From: the human T2T-CHM13v2.0 reference genome, Homo sapiens
NCBI RefSeq assembly: GCF_009914755.1
Contig: NC_060931.1
DNA length: 64,000 nt
Direction: 5' to 3' (one strand)
The notes under the pieces: model-generated
The model's input: the letters and a program-made list of their open reading frames with translations, nothing else
What the model was told of the DNA's origin: nothing
Databases searched by the model: none
Translations under genes and position numbers: made by a program
In this document: positions 31,561 through 56,332 of the stretch, in pieces
How positions within the stretch are numbered: position 1 is the first letter of the stretch
How the letters are laid out: every line of letters begins with the position of its first letter

Positions 31561-32618
31561 GATTCAGATTTTGAGCACTTGTCTAGCTGATTTCAAAGCC
31601 TGTCCTCTTTCCACAATCAGGTCTTAAGTCATATCCTGAAGAGTTTGTCATTGCTCTTCCAGGAATCCGATCCCCACTGGACAGGCTGGGAAGGTCTGGG
31701 CTGCTAGTGGTGTTGCAGATAGACTCCCAGGCAGCTGATGGAGGTGTGGAATGAAGAGCGTGAGAGATAACAGAAGCAGGCATGGCAGTGCTACCCAGCA
31801 GAGCCATGTGACAGAGGCGGGGATGCTGCCGTGGGTTGTCCAGCAAATAGAGATGCCAGGCCTGAGGCTTGATTCTCTCAGACCTTCTGCCTCTGGCAGC
31901 AAGACTGCTGGACCCAGAGCTGTGTGACTTTCACCAGGTTCCATTTCTCATCAATGGGGGAGCAGGGTGACTGCACCCAAAGAGTGTCAAGGTTTTCTTC
32001 AGTTCTGAAAGTCCCCAGTTCTCAACCAGTGAAAGGTCTGACGTTTCCCATCCCTCTTTGCAAATCCTGGGCTGAAGACCAGGGATCCAAGTCCCTCAGC
32101 CCAGCCAAGGCGACAGAAAGCCTGACTTTCCCAGCCCTGAAAAGAGTTGACGGGCTGTTCTCTGGGCTCGCCTCGGCAGCAGCATTGACAAGGGCTGGGA
32201 GAGGGAGACTGGCACAGGAGCCTTCTCAAGTTGCTCCACAAAGGGCCTCTTTTTCCCAGGCACAGTGACAAATACTGCCGCTCCCTCTGGCTATAAAGGC
32301 CGGGGGTGCGGACAAGGTTCCCATGTCTGAACTCTTAAGAAAGTTGCAAGCAAAGAAAAAAATGTGTACGGGCTTTTGGCTGTGCTTTTTGACTTGATGC
32401 CAGATAGCCGGTGGGTTCAAAATTACATCACTATTGACTATCTGAGTTGTTTCTCTGTTTGACCTTCTTGGAAGAATGGTTACCTTGGCAACAGATGGTT
32501 ATCAGTTCCTCAGCAATTTGTGCCAAGGAACAGTTTCCTGCATGCTGAAAACCAGTGGCTTAAAAGCTGTATCTGGCCGGCCTCACCCTCCCAGGTCTCT
32601 GAGCGGATTGTGCAGTAG

Positions 32619-33293
<675 letters not shown>

Positions 33294-33500
33294 TATTTAG
33301 AAATAGAGCTGAGTTTGACAGCCAACTTTGTCTGTTAGGCAGTGGGTGCCAGGCCAGTGGTGCTGGGATTTCCAGTGTCCCCTGCCTCCAGCAGTGGACC
33401 CAGCTGAGCCTCTGGGATGCTCTGCCCCTGGCACCGAAGGCTGCTTGGTGCCACAGGAGAATCTGATAGGAGACATCCAGGGCTGCTGAAGTGGCTGGGG

Positions 33501-34424
<924 letters not shown>

Positions 34425-35039
34425 TCACCGGATGCTGCACACTGTCCTCTGTGCTGCTTTCGCCAAATGGAGGTCCACTCATCCCAGCATTATTTCTTAA
34501 AAATTCCATCTTTACCTCAGTGATTTGAGAGATAATCCATCCTCTTTTGAGGAATAAAACAACAATACTATTAACTGCTAACATTCTTTCCAGCATTTAT
34601 TGTGCCGAGTGAATTAAAAGCATTGTCTCATTAAATCTTCACAATTCAGTTAGGCAGTTCATATTAGTAACCCCATTTTACAGATGAATAAGCTGAACCT
34701 GGACAAGGTAAGTAACGAATCCAATGTGACAGATCTAATGAGATTAAAATACAGAGCTGTCTAGCTCTTTAGAGATAAGAGCCTATCCTGGGAGATAAGC
34801 TGTTCTAATCTTAACTTCAATGTGTCTGTATTAAAACTCTTTATTGGCTATGTTGAACTCACAGCTTTGAGGCCGAGTGAATTCTGGCTAAGGTCACATA
34901 CCGTTGGTCACATGGATTGGGGTGTTTTTGATTGACTCCTCATTCTGAGATGAGAAGAACAGCTCCTCCTTTAGAACAGTGGGCTGTGAACCTCTCAAAG
35001 CAGGGCCTGCCTCTCAGCTTCTCTATCCTAGGAGGGTGA

Positions 35040-37200
<2,161 letters not shown>

Positions 37201-38019
37201 AACTAAGGGGGTTTGTGAGCAGCAAGAACAAGTTTATCCAAACATTAGAGATACTAGCTTGCCTGGTGTGCCTGGAATGGTCCAGTGGAAAGGGGCAATT
37301 GCAGGAGGGAAGTCCTGAGATGGTGAGGGGTGATGGGCTCCAGGGTGGACACAGCACAGCCAGTCGGAGGGGGCAAGGCACAGAGTGTGGTTCAGCTGCA
37401 GGAAGGGGGGCCTACTGGGAGACAGGACATGAGGGAATCCCTGTCTGAGCACTTCTGTGTGCTCTGAGAGGCATGGAGCGAGATTGGCAACGAGATGAGG
37501 AGAGGGACACAGGTGGCTTCATGGGAGAAGTAGGGCTTGGTGTGGGGAAATGGGAGGCAGCTGTGCCGGTGACAGAAAGAGACTGGGGTGAGCTTCGAGG
37601 AGGTGGCCTGACCAGAGGACAGGCTCCATGCAGAAGGGTACTAGGAAATCAGTGTGAAGATGCAGGGGTCCCAAAATGCAAGCAGAGGCAGGCTGATGCA
37701 TTTCGAGAAAGGAGGTGATCACTGTTAACTTTGGGCTGGAAACGGCTGGGCACAGGTGAGCTATCAGGGGAATAACAGAGCCAGGCTTCAGAATGAGGAA
37801 GAGGAAAGGAGGAGTCACTCCAAAAACATCTACAGGATTAGCAAATTGAAGGGGACCTCTCTTCCACCCCTCATGGCCCCAGAGGCTCAGGCCTAACACC
37901 AAGTACACTCCGTCTCCAAATTCAACCCTGCCTCCCTCATAATCTCTGTCTCATTGTCAGCGCCCAGAAGCACCTACCTCTGGCTGTCATCATCCACTCC
38001 ACTGCCAAGATGGGCTTCC

Positions 38020-38898
<879 letters not shown>

Positions 38899-41800
38899 TC
38901 AGAGAGGATTCATTTTCCAATGCAAAAGTTACACTCCCATTGGGAAGGGCTATTTCTTACGCGTGTGGCAAAGACCTGCATTGATCTCTGAAGCCCTGCG
39001 TGTGTCCTAACTGAGCTGAAATACATGGAGAGGTTTCCTCTTGAAAACGCACTATACCATACTCCTAGAGCTTTCAGTCTGGCCAACAATTAATACTTAT
39101 GCAAATGTATTTAGAACTGCTAATCAGGAGGTTATGGTCACTCATTCATTCATTCATTTGTTCACTCAGCAAATGTTTATTGAGCATCTACTAGGTACTG
39201 GTTGCTGCTCCAAACACTGAAATGAGTCAGTGGAAATGGGAAAGGCCTTCCTGTTGGTGGGAGAACAATGAATGAAAATCAAACGAACAGGGCAATTACT
39301 TATGAGGGAAATAAACAGGGAAATATGATCATCAATCAGAAGATTGTCAGCAAAGGCCTCTATGTGAAGGAGACATTTGAGCTGACAATGGACAGAGCAG
39401 GCTGTGCAAACCTCTGGGGGAAGAGCATTTCTGGCAAAGGAAACAGCAACTGCAAATGGCGTGAGGTAGAAAAGGAATGTGTGGGGTAGAACCGACTGGC
39501 TGCTGGATGGAGAATGTAGTTTCAAGCACCTATCAGGCTTGGCAGAAGACAGAGAAAAAAAATCCTGCTACTTCCAGTGAAATAATTTAAATGCAGAGAT
39601 CCCCACTGAAAAAAGAGCTTCCTCTATACTTTCTTTACTAGAAGGCGAGTACCTTGGACACCAACCTCCAGCATCAGCGCAGCTCAGCGGTCAAGGGTGT
39701 GTGCTAGAGCAGACCCCTGGGGCAGAAACTCTGACCCTAAAGTCATACTAGCTGAGCAACCTTGAGCCAAGTTGCCTATTCTCTCCAAACCTGTTTCCTT
39801 AGCTGTAAAATGGGGATAAGAATAATCCCATCACAGAGGATTGAATGAAATTATCCATGTAAGCATTGTAATCACTTAACAAAATGAGCTAATGTTATAA
39901 TTATTCCATCCAGAGATGGAAAGGTTCTTTCAGCAATGAACCTATTGCACCCGACTTTGTTAAAATAGTTCAGCATTCTGCTCAACTCCTGAGTCAAATG
40001 CATTTTCACATCATCTCCAAATCCTTGAAATAGTTTGAATGTTAGAAGTGAACTTTGTTTCTGTTGTGGTAGATTTTACTTTGTCTTTAACTGGTTTGGA
40101 AGGAAAAGAGGATTGGGGTCAGGATTTGGTGGGAAGGGAAGCTAGGAGCGGGCGAGAGAGATGGGACAGATACTTATTGATCCCCAGTGACCAAGAGTAC
40201 TGGGAACTCAGAAATGACAAACTACTTCCCATGTGGCCTCAGTCCCACCACTGACTAGTAGCACTTCAAAACTTGGAATTTAAAAGACAACGATAAATGA
40301 CAGTCTGCAAGGACTTTTGACATAAGAACTAATTCTTTGGCAAAGTCTAGATCATCAAAAATGAAGGCAAAACAGGAAACCATCAGCAAATGACCTCTGT
40401 GTTTAAACAAGAGAAAATTCTGGCATCCCAGGATTTCCTGTTAAGAAATCAGGCCTTTATCCCAAACTGCAATGAAACTTGAGTGAAATGCACTCCGACA
40501 GAGAGTGCCATGTGCACAAACCTCTTCACAGCCATAACCTCCTGATCAGCAGTTCTAAATAAATAGCAGCCCAAGCGCATGTTTCTCAACCTTTTTGTGG
40601 ATGGATTTGCTCTCACTCCCTCAGTTTTTGTATAAAATCAATCAAATCTCTGGGCTTCAAAAAAACCTTGGCCCTTGTTAAATCTCCCAGGCACAGTTAT
40701 GTAATGAGATGGAGAAATGTCATTCCTCAGGCTCCCCCTTGCAGAAGAAAATATTATATTTTGGAAGAAGAAATTGTTTAATATCCTCCCTTGGGAAGAA
40801 GAGTAAGGCCCCAAGTTCATGGCCAAGTACCAAAGACTGTTGCAGAAGTGAAAAGGACAAGGAGAGGCGTCTGTCACTCCTGAGAGAAACAGGGGAGGAG
40901 ACAGGGAAGGAGAGGGTAGTGGGAGTGGCTTTCACTCTATCGCCCCTTGCTAGTCACTAAAGTGGCTAATCTCAGGCCATGCTTGGTGCAACTGAGTTTC
41001 TAATTTTGTAGGGTTGAAACTGGTGAAGGGACTGAACTTTGCACTGGTGTGATGTGAGTGAAACTAAGAGGAAGGACTTACTGCGACTGGAGGGGCAGAA
41101 GGCCTTGCTGGAGCCTGCATTATAATTACCTGCAGCCACATCTGCCATCCCATTAGCACTTCCAAAAGCCACATGAGGCCCTCCTCAAGAGTCTGAGCTG
41201 CAGAGAGACATTTAAATAGGCTTGACCACCTGGAGCCAGTCACCAGATTATCATCCAAGACCAGCAAGCAGGGCTGCCTCCATTCTTGTGAGCCTGGGCC
41301 AATCAGAGCTCTTTCTGCTTTGAGTCAAGACTTCCTCCAGATACATTTAAAGTGAGCTCCCAGTTCACCGCAGAGCCATATAGAACATGCTGTTTGGGTT
41401 CGAATCAGGGCTGGAGTGTTTAATTCCTTTAGATATACATACCAACTTTATTCCAAGGGCATCAAAGAGCCCATTAAACATTCATTATCTGTGCCCTCTC
41501 AAAACACCAGCTCAAGGCTTATCCCACCATTGCATTCCCTGGTGACCACAACCTAGTCCCAGTTACTGTGATTGGTGAGCACTTGGAATCCTGGTTTGGC
41601 CACTTTCTAGTTGAGTAGCCTTTGATGAGTTACTTGACCACTGTATACCTATATTAATTTTCTCAACTGGAAAATGAGTATAATATGTATTACCACTTTG
41701 GATTGATTAATTAAATATGGTAATATGCAAAAAGTGTCCAGAAAATGTAACATAGAGTTGTCCTTAAGGAATGACAAGTTTTCTTGTTTGTTTTCTTTTT

Positions 41801-42680
41801 TCTGCTATTTCCAAAAGAAATCCCAGGTAAGTTTTTTTTAAATCTGAAGAATCTCAAACGATGAATTTTATTATGTAATTATTATGTAATTAAATTAGCT
41901 GATATCCATCTACTATTCGCAAAACAAACAAATTTGATAAAGTATGAATTCACCAATGAACTATTTAAAGGTTTGTTTATTTAACTAAAACTTATTTTTG
42001 CTCTAAGGATTCTTCTTTGTAACTCCAAAATTGCCTATAACCAATTTCATTCAGATCTTTCTAAACCATCACTTGTGGTTCGAATCAGGGCTGGAGCATG
42101 AGGGGGTCATGCTCCCAGGTAGAAGCAAGCACCTATCTACCTACTGCTCTCAGGGAAGCCTGAACCCAGGAAGCAAATTATATGCAGGTGTTTCAGGCTG
42201 AGATGTGAAGTATGCTGTTTATAATGTCAAAGTCTATTTTCCTGGGCTCAGGAAGATCTTACAGAGATTATTGTGGTGTAAACTGTATCTGGCTGGAATA
42301 GATGAGAGAGTCAGTAGGAGAGTCCTGGAGTTGGATAAGAAGGAGCTGGAGAAGTAGCTTCCAGTTCAGGGAAGGTAAGAACCAATGCAATATGGCAGCA
42401 GGATAGAGCTAAGTAAGACAGCCAGCAGGGAGCCCCTTGTGGCTGGATGTGGCTGACAGTCTGTAGGGGCACTGGGTGGAATCTAACAGTCAAGCGTTTC
42501 AGTTTTCCTCTTCTGCATTGTAATTCTCTTACATCACCCTAAGGCTTCAATAAAGTTGGTTAAACACAACTGTCTTGTGCTAATTATGATTTGAGAGAAT
42601 AAAGGAAGGAACTCAGCCTACACTTAGGGATGAAGCTGACCTGGAAGAGGGGTCCCACACAGAGAAGCCTAGAGCATCAG

Positions 42681-42917
42681 GGCCGGGCACAGTGGCTTAT
42701 GCCTGTAATCCTAGCACTTTGGGAGGCTGCGGTGGGAGGATAACTTGAGGCCAGGAGTTCGAGACCAGCCTGGCCAACACAGTAATATGCCGTCTCTATT
42801 AAAAATACAAAAGTTAGCCGGGCGTGGTGGTACACGCCTATAATCCCAGCTACTCCAGCCTGGGTGACAGAGCGAGACCCTGCCAAAAAAGAAAAGAAAA
42901 AGAAAAAAAGAAACAAA
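42681..42917 (+). mobile_element. Alu with an internal right-arm deletion
   Basis: cccagctACTCcagcctgggtgac junction at 42852-42855. TSD-like agaagcctag / aaaagcctag. Confidence 0.88.
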
Positions 42918-43939
42918 AGCCTAGGTAGGGGAGAAGCCTGGGGCCACTCACAGAGAGAAGGGACAAGCAAACCCCAATCTCAGACTTCCCATTTTTTCTT
43001 TAGGCTTTTCAGCCCCTCTCCCCATCAGTCGTGTCTTCTCCATCTCCCTTCTAATTTTATACTCTCTTTTATTCTCTCCTAGAATGAAGGCACTAAACAC
43101 TAGACCTGAAACAACTTTGACAATATCTCAAAGCAAACTCTGGGCCCCTGTCCTCCCTCTCTGTTCATTCGTTGTGCTATTTGGAGCTGAACCAGTCCAC
43201 GAGTCTACGCTGATTTTGCAAGCGTAAATAGTTGTGGTTCAAATAATCTTGCTCAATTTTTCAGATCTGGAGATTCTGCCATATAACTGTTCCAATGCCA
43301 AGAATTCATACCCCAGAGGCCTTCCTCTCATCATTTAAGATTTTCAAAAAGATAATTTCGCCTCAGTACTGGTTGCCAGATTGACAGCCTTAAAAACAAG
43401 AGGTGAAATTCAATCTCAATGGAGCTTGTGCCTGCTCTCTATTTTTAGGGAAAAGATTATTCACCCATATGGGCAGCTGGGAATAGAGCATTGCTGGGGG
43501 TGGTGTTGGGGGAGGGTAGACATTTAAAGCAAACTTGACCCTAAATCTCCTGCCCTCAGTGGGGTGGGGGTGGGGAGTGTGGAGTGTGGAAGGAATAAGA
43601 ATTGTCCCCAGGTTGGGAGGGGTGCAATGTAGGATTTCCCAAAAACCATTGTAAATTTTGCAGAATGATAAAAATATTTTTCTTTCTAAAAATAGCTCTC
43701 TCAGAAACCAGATGTCTGGATTTAATTACAGTCACTATGTATTGAGCATGTACCAAGGTACCAAGCCCCATTTTGGTTCTTTGCAGATATCTGGTACAAC
43801 CCTGCTGCAAGCCCATAAAACAGGTTTGCTTCCCTATTTTCACTTGACAAATGAGCACACTGAGGGTCTGAGAAGGAATTCAAAGCCAGTGCACCACTTA
43901 ACCCCAATCATTTCCAATTTTCTGATATCTCCCAGGCCA

Positions 43940-44112
43940 GAAGTTCCCAGACTTGGTTGCACATCAGAATAAACACACATTCCTGGGATCTACCCCAGAC
44001 CTGCTGAATCACGATGCTCAGCTGGGGCAGGAAGTGATTGTAAAGTTCCGGAAGTGATTGTAAATTTCCCAAAGTGATTCTGATGCACAGCTGGGTTTCA
44101 GAATTGCTGTCC
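43940..44112. mobile_element. MER5A-like hAT-Charlie element
   Basis: ttggttgcacatcagaat...ccccagacctgctgaatca...gtgattctgatgcac. Confidence 0.7.
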
Positions 44113-45369
44113 TAGAGACAGATGGGGACAGGTAATTCCAGGAGTGCACAAGGAACACCACCTTCAAGTCCTTTCAACCTGGGGCCTTAAGTGTCCTAGG
44201 CTACCTTAGGCTTCTCTGAGTTGCTCGATGGAGCTGTATTTCCTGTGACCTCAGAGCTGGCCCCTCTGGTTGGAAGGGTCCCCATGTAGCCTCTGCCTCT
44301 CCACATCTCAGCTCTAGGGGCACCTCCCTGTGGATGGCAGCCCTGTCCACCTGCACAGGGTGAGATGCCCTGCACTTTCTCAGACCACATCATGGGCTGT
44401 AGTTATACATTATGGGGATTTCAAAAATTCATGTTGGCCTCACCTGTTAGATGGTAAGCACTGTAAGGGCAGGGACTAATTCTACTTCACTCAGAATTGT
44501 ACTCCTGAGCTTTATCCAGGGGTGGCACATTGTGGTAGCTCCTGTGTTTGAGTGAAGAAGGGAATGAGGAAACAAACTGGAAGGGTGGAGAACTAGGCAT
44601 AGGAGACCCGGGTTCCAGTCCAGGTTTGTGCCAATTTGCTGCGTGACAATTTAGTGAGCCCCTCCTCCTCTCTGAGATTCCACCTCCTCACCTGATAAAA
44701 GAGGGGATGGATTAGACCTATTGGATTAAACCTAGATATCAAACTTGAGTAAGTGTCAGAGTTGCTTAGGGAGCTCCTGTAAAGGTGAATCCAAGCCCCT
44801 CCCCCAGGCAGCCTCCTTCAGCAGGCCTGGAGGGGCCATCTGCACTATTAATGGTCCCCAGAGATGCTGCTGCAGGTGGTCTCTGTGTGGTGGGGCACAT
44901 TTTTAAAACCCTGGACTGAGTGAATTCTGAGATCCTCTCGAGCTGTGCCATATTGTCATTTCGTTAGCATACAGTTAGTGAGATCTGGGCGAGAGGAAAA
45001 CAAAGGGCATTGTGGAAAGGTGGTGACTCCCTGGAACGTGCATTCCTCAAGCTGCTACCAGGCAATATCGCCCGTAAGAGCTGGAAGAGAGACCTTGGTT
45101 GCCAGCCCCTCTGTAACACACCATACTTGGAATCACTACTTTTTAACATATTGGAATGCAAGACAACGCAGTTCATACAAAAAATATCTAAAAATATCCT
45201 GGAAATATTAAAATGTTCTCAGAAGACACCAGATACCATTCATAACCTCTAAATGCTGAGACCATCGTTGCAATGAATGGAAGTCCTGCTGTGTTGTGTG
45301 GGGGGGGTGCGGGGAGGCTTTATAATTCTCTCTTTTCTCTGCCCTTTTAAAAAATTGTCAAAACACATA

Positions 45370-48290
<2,921 letters not shown>

Positions 48291-48294
48291 TATA

Positions 48295-50140
48295 GAAACC
48301 CAGATAAAATAAGTGTATAGCTTTATGAGTTATAAGGTGAACATCCTTAATCACTACCAAGTCATGAAACAGAACTTCGCCAGGCACCCCAGAAGCCTTC
48401 TCCCCATTGTCCCACCCTCAACTCTTTCCCTTTCCCTAGAAGTAAATGCTCTCCTGACTTTTAGAGCTATCACTTCCTGGTGTTTCTTTACAGTTCTATC
48501 ACCTAAGTGTGCATTCCTGGTCACTATAGTTTAGGCTTGCTGTTTAAAACCATTTGTTATGTCTTTTAAGTATCATTAGATTTACAGATTTCTCCTTTAT
48601 TTTTCTAAAATACAGGGACACTTAACACGTAGAGTTCCTCACAGTCTGAGTTGTGCTGATTGGGTACTCATGGTACAGTTCAGTGTGTTCTTCTGAGCTC
48701 TGTATTTCCTTAAAATTGACAGCTGAAATCAGAGGTTTTATCTGTCTCATTTCCAACCCCTTTGGCAAGATTACAGGTGGTGGTATGTTCTTTCACTGGG
48801 AAGCACATAATGTCTGTGTTCTCTCCCTCCCACCTCCTCCTCTTCCTCCTACATTCTTCTTCTCCTCGTCCTCTTCCTCCTCCTTCTCCTCCTCGTCCTC
48901 TTCCTCCTCCTTCTCCTCTTCTCTTCTTCCTCCTCCTCCATCTTCTTTTACATCCCTCTCTCTCTCTCTCTTTCTGCCCCTTCCAACTCATGCTGTTGGC
49001 CACAGCTGATATTGATGTCAATGACTGGATCCATTAGCTCATTAAGGACTCTAAAAGGGTGACAATCTAATTCTATAGTTTCTTATTTAATTAGTTAAAT
49101 ACTTTTATGAAGAGATATTTTCTCTCATCTACAATTTGGCCACCCAGTGGATGGTACCTTTCATACAGGAAAGGCAAGATAAATGCTTCATTCTTTCCCT
49201 TTATTTACTACTTTTCAAGATAATGAATTATTTCTCTATCATGCTATGAAGGTGACCATCTGCTTTTAAAAATATCATTATGAACTTGCATATGTAAACA
49301 CATTTGACGGGTTTTGATCTATTTTAATTATTATTCTTGTTGGCTTTCAAATTGCCCATCTTTAGCCTGGGAACCTCTTCAGGTTGGCTCCTGAGTGCTT
49401 TGGGGCACAATTCCACTGGTCTTTGGTAGCTTTCTCACTGCCTGATATGACAGAGGCTCTAGGCTCACCTTGTACATTTCTGACCCAGACATGCAACTGG
49501 CCATTTCTCCCAAGACGCTCTGTTTATTTTAGTGAGAAATAGTATTTCAAGCCCACAATCTGGGTATCAGAGATGTCACTGCTACTCAGAATTAATCATT
49601 GTTTCTAGGCCTCTTCACTAGACAGAGCTAGAAAATTATATTTTTGAAAAGTTAAAATACCATCACACTGATACTTCCAATTCAAATTTAGGGCAACAGG
49701 GTTTTTTTACTTCATTGCCTTAATGTTACATTTTTATCTCCTTTCTTCTACATCAATAATTCTTGATCTCAATGACCCAGGAAATGATGGGATTAGAATA
49801 TCCCACGATGACTCATTTACTTTATCCCAAAGCACACACACAACAGTCTCAGAATAACAATACCAATCTACAGCATCTATATGATTCTTGAGAGCAGTTA
49901 AATTTTCTTTTTGCATATAGCTTCCATCATTCTTTCCTTGTCCCATTTTTTTCATATTGGTGCTATGTCCACACCAGATGAGCTTTGGGGCATTACACAT
50001 TATGTACGTCCCTTTCAGCCCACATTTCATCTTAGTTCTACAAGAGACCATATGTTGAACACACACCACCAGTTCTTATGTGGATGTCCCTTTAGACATT
50101 TTGGTTTTCTGAAGCTCTTCTCTAGTAGATTTTTAAGGAA
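48295..50140 (-). mobile_element. Old antisense L1M fragments
   Basis: L1MC/ME-type 3' motifs: aggaaaggcaagataaatgctt, ctaggctcaccttgtacattt. Confidence 0.6.
48821..48975. repeat. Polypyrimidine (CCT/CTT)n low-complexity tract
   Basis: About 150 bp almost entirely C/T, with a duplicated tcctcgtcctcttcctcctccttctc unit. Confidence 0.9.
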
Positions 50141-50595
50141 GATCTCCTGGATCTTCCCAAAGGAAGAGCACAGGGTTTGTGTGCTCAAGAGAAGAGGGAA
50201 ATGAGTTTGGTAAGCAGCTATCCAGTGTCTGCCAGGGTCTGAAGATCAAGCAGACAACCCGTGCAGAAGGCCCGAGTATAGGGCCTGGCATGTAGAGGAA
50301 GCTGCAGGCTAAGTATCACCATTCAAATGTCAAAAGTTGGCTTGATTCTAGTTGTAGTCTACTCAAGTGTGACTTGAGGGCTCTTCAGTCTGTCCCTTCA
50401 GGAGATAAAGCGAGTCTGTGACATGGCCACAGATGCCTGCAGTCCCAGCCCCCTGGCCAGAAGCATTTCTGTAGGTTACAGCTGAGAGCCTTCAGCCAGG
50501 TCAGTATGAAATGAAAATGAAAAGCTCATATTTTGTTGTTTTTTTTTTTTTGAGGAGGGAGAGGGTATATTAACGGCATTCTTCAGTAATGATAA

Positions 50596-50808
<213 letters not shown>

Positions 50809-51284
50809 TAATTGGTACTTTTCTCTGCTTTTCCTTGATATGTATTTATTTATTTCTATTGTGGTAAAAAGAAAACACATAACATTAAATTTACCATCTT
50901 AACTATGTTTAAGTGTACAGTTCAGTAGTATTACATATATTCACATTGTTGTGCAATAGAGCTCTAGAATTTTTTCAAAACCCCATACCCCTTGAACAAC
51001 AACTCCCAATTTCCCCCTATTTGTAGTCAATTTTATGTATGGTTTCTGTTGCAGGACAGTAATATTTGATTGCCACATAACTAACTATCCCATGTTATCT
51101 ATCATGCTTTCAGATTTTGCTCTTCCTTAAAGAGAGCTACCCCAATCATTATAGACATATTCCTGATTATTTTCTCCTCATAGTTGTACATGCAGCCACA
51201 TGTATATGTACATGCAGTTGTACATGCATCCTTTACTTTCTACACGCAGCTCTTCTGTTTCTCCAGCATGTCTGCATACAGGGG

Positions 51285-51740
51285 TGGTCAGTTTAAGTCT
51301 TCTGGGGTACAATCATGAAGTTGGGGTTAAAAATGCAAGAGATTTATTGGGGATAATGCCTGGGAACAATAAAAGGAGAAGAAGCAGGAGGAAGCAGGGA
51401 AAGACTTCAGACTATGAGGAAGGTCGGATATCTATGAAAGGAGAAGGGGAAGAAAGGAGAGAGAGCCTTGGACTGTGGAGCAGCCTCTGAGAAAGCCTCA
51501 GCCAGGCCACAGGGAGTGTTAGAGCAAAGACAGCCTGCAGAGGAGACCCAGGCCAGGGACAGGAATTAGCAGGCTCAAGTTCCCCCACTGTGTCCTCAAG
51601 GGCCGGCTGTCTGGGAGAAGCATGGCCTCACCTCCAGTGCTGCAGGTGACCCAGGGGGCTGCAGCTGGGACCTATCAGGGAACTACACCCTCTGTCACGG
51701 GGGCAAGCATAGCAGTGCCCTTTCATGGCTGCCACTGGCA
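51285..51740 (-). mobile_element. LTR33-like ERVL LTR
   Basis: tgcaagagatttattgggg...ttcagact...ctctgagaaagcctcagcca...agagcaaaga. Confidence 0.65.
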
Positions 51741-52329
51741 GGGAACAGGAATCCTTAATGTTTTTCCCAGCAGATATCCAACTATTCCAACATAGTTCAT
51801 CTTCAATGATACAGAACACGCTCTTTACCATATTCTAAATTCCCAAACATACATTTCACTAATGTTCCACTATTTTAATGACAGTAGCTAGAATACACTT
51901 TGATATAAAGTAGATTAAGTTTCCTCCTATTGTTCTACCTCTTTCACATTTCTTAGTTATATTTATTCCTTTCAAGTAAACTATGGGACTTTAGGCAAGT
52001 TACTAAATCTCTGTGCTTCAATTTCCTCATCTATAAATAGGGGATAATGATAGTGCCTTTTCATAGCATTGTTGAGGAATCACATGAGATAATGCATGCA
52101 AGACACTTAGTACATCCAAGAACTGATAAATAGTAAGCAACCAAAAAACAGTAACAATAAAAATAAGGGATTTTATTGTTGTAAAAGGGGTCCTTCTTGT
52201 AGAGCTCATAAACATCATTGGGATTGCTTTGCATTTGTAGGGTGATTAACAAAAAACATGTATTTTTTTTAAAATTTGCATCTGAAATATGTAATGTTTC
52301 AGTCTATTTTTATGCTCTCTTGAAAGTTA

Positions 52330-53825
<1,496 letters not shown>

Positions 53826-53919
53826 TGGCTTCCCTCATTTAGATCTCTCCCAGTTGAAAGATATTTTTTACATTTTTATTCAAGCATATTACTCTATGTA
53901 TAATAATGATGCAACCTTA

Positions 53920-54214
53920 ATTTTTTTTTTTTTTTTGAGACAGTCTTACTCTTTTTCCCAGGCTGGAGTGCAGTGACACCATCTCTGCACACTGCAACCT
54001 CCCTTCCCGGGTTCAAGCAATTCTCCTGCCTCAGCCTCCTGAGTAGCTGGTACTACAGGGGCGTGCCACCACACCTGGCTAATTTTTTGTATTTTTAGAA
54101 GAGATGGGATTTCACCGTGTTAGCCAGGATGGTCTCGAACTCCTGCCCTCGTGATCTGCCTGCCCTGGCCTCCCAAAGTGCTGGGATTACAGGCGTGAGC
54201 CACCGTGCCCGGCT
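53920..54214 (-). mobile_element. AluSc-like
   Basis: Dimeric Alu; TSD gcaaccttaattt. Confidence 0.9.
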
Positions 54215-54610
54215 GCAACCTTAATTTAATGATTAACTTATTCTAATGCTTATCACTAGTCTTTCATATTACAATTTCTTCACCTTGAGATTAACAAAAA
54301 ATTGACCATCACCTCTCTTTTAGCAAGAAAAGAAGGCAGTTCAGTGGTGGCTCCCTCTCAGGCCCTGTGTTAGCACAGGCTGTTCAAGCTGCCCCTCCCT
54401 GCCTCCTCTGCCCTCCAATCCTCCAGCATCCAGCACAAGGCCCTTCCGCCCCAAGTCCCAAGGCCCACCTCATTTCCTGCTTCAGGAAGATTGACAGGGA
54501 ACCTCGGTGCTCCCAGCAATCACAAAAGGTGTGATGTTGGCATAGCTACAACGTCTTTTGTTATCTTGTCAAATCCATACTTTACTCACCTCACAAGATT
54601 GTCGGGAAGA

Positions 54611-56332
<1,722 letters not shown>

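Noticed and set aside
32285-32310. TATAAA box / CArG-like GCTATAAAGG
   Set aside because: An isolated motif with no CpG island and no identifiable downstream first exon.
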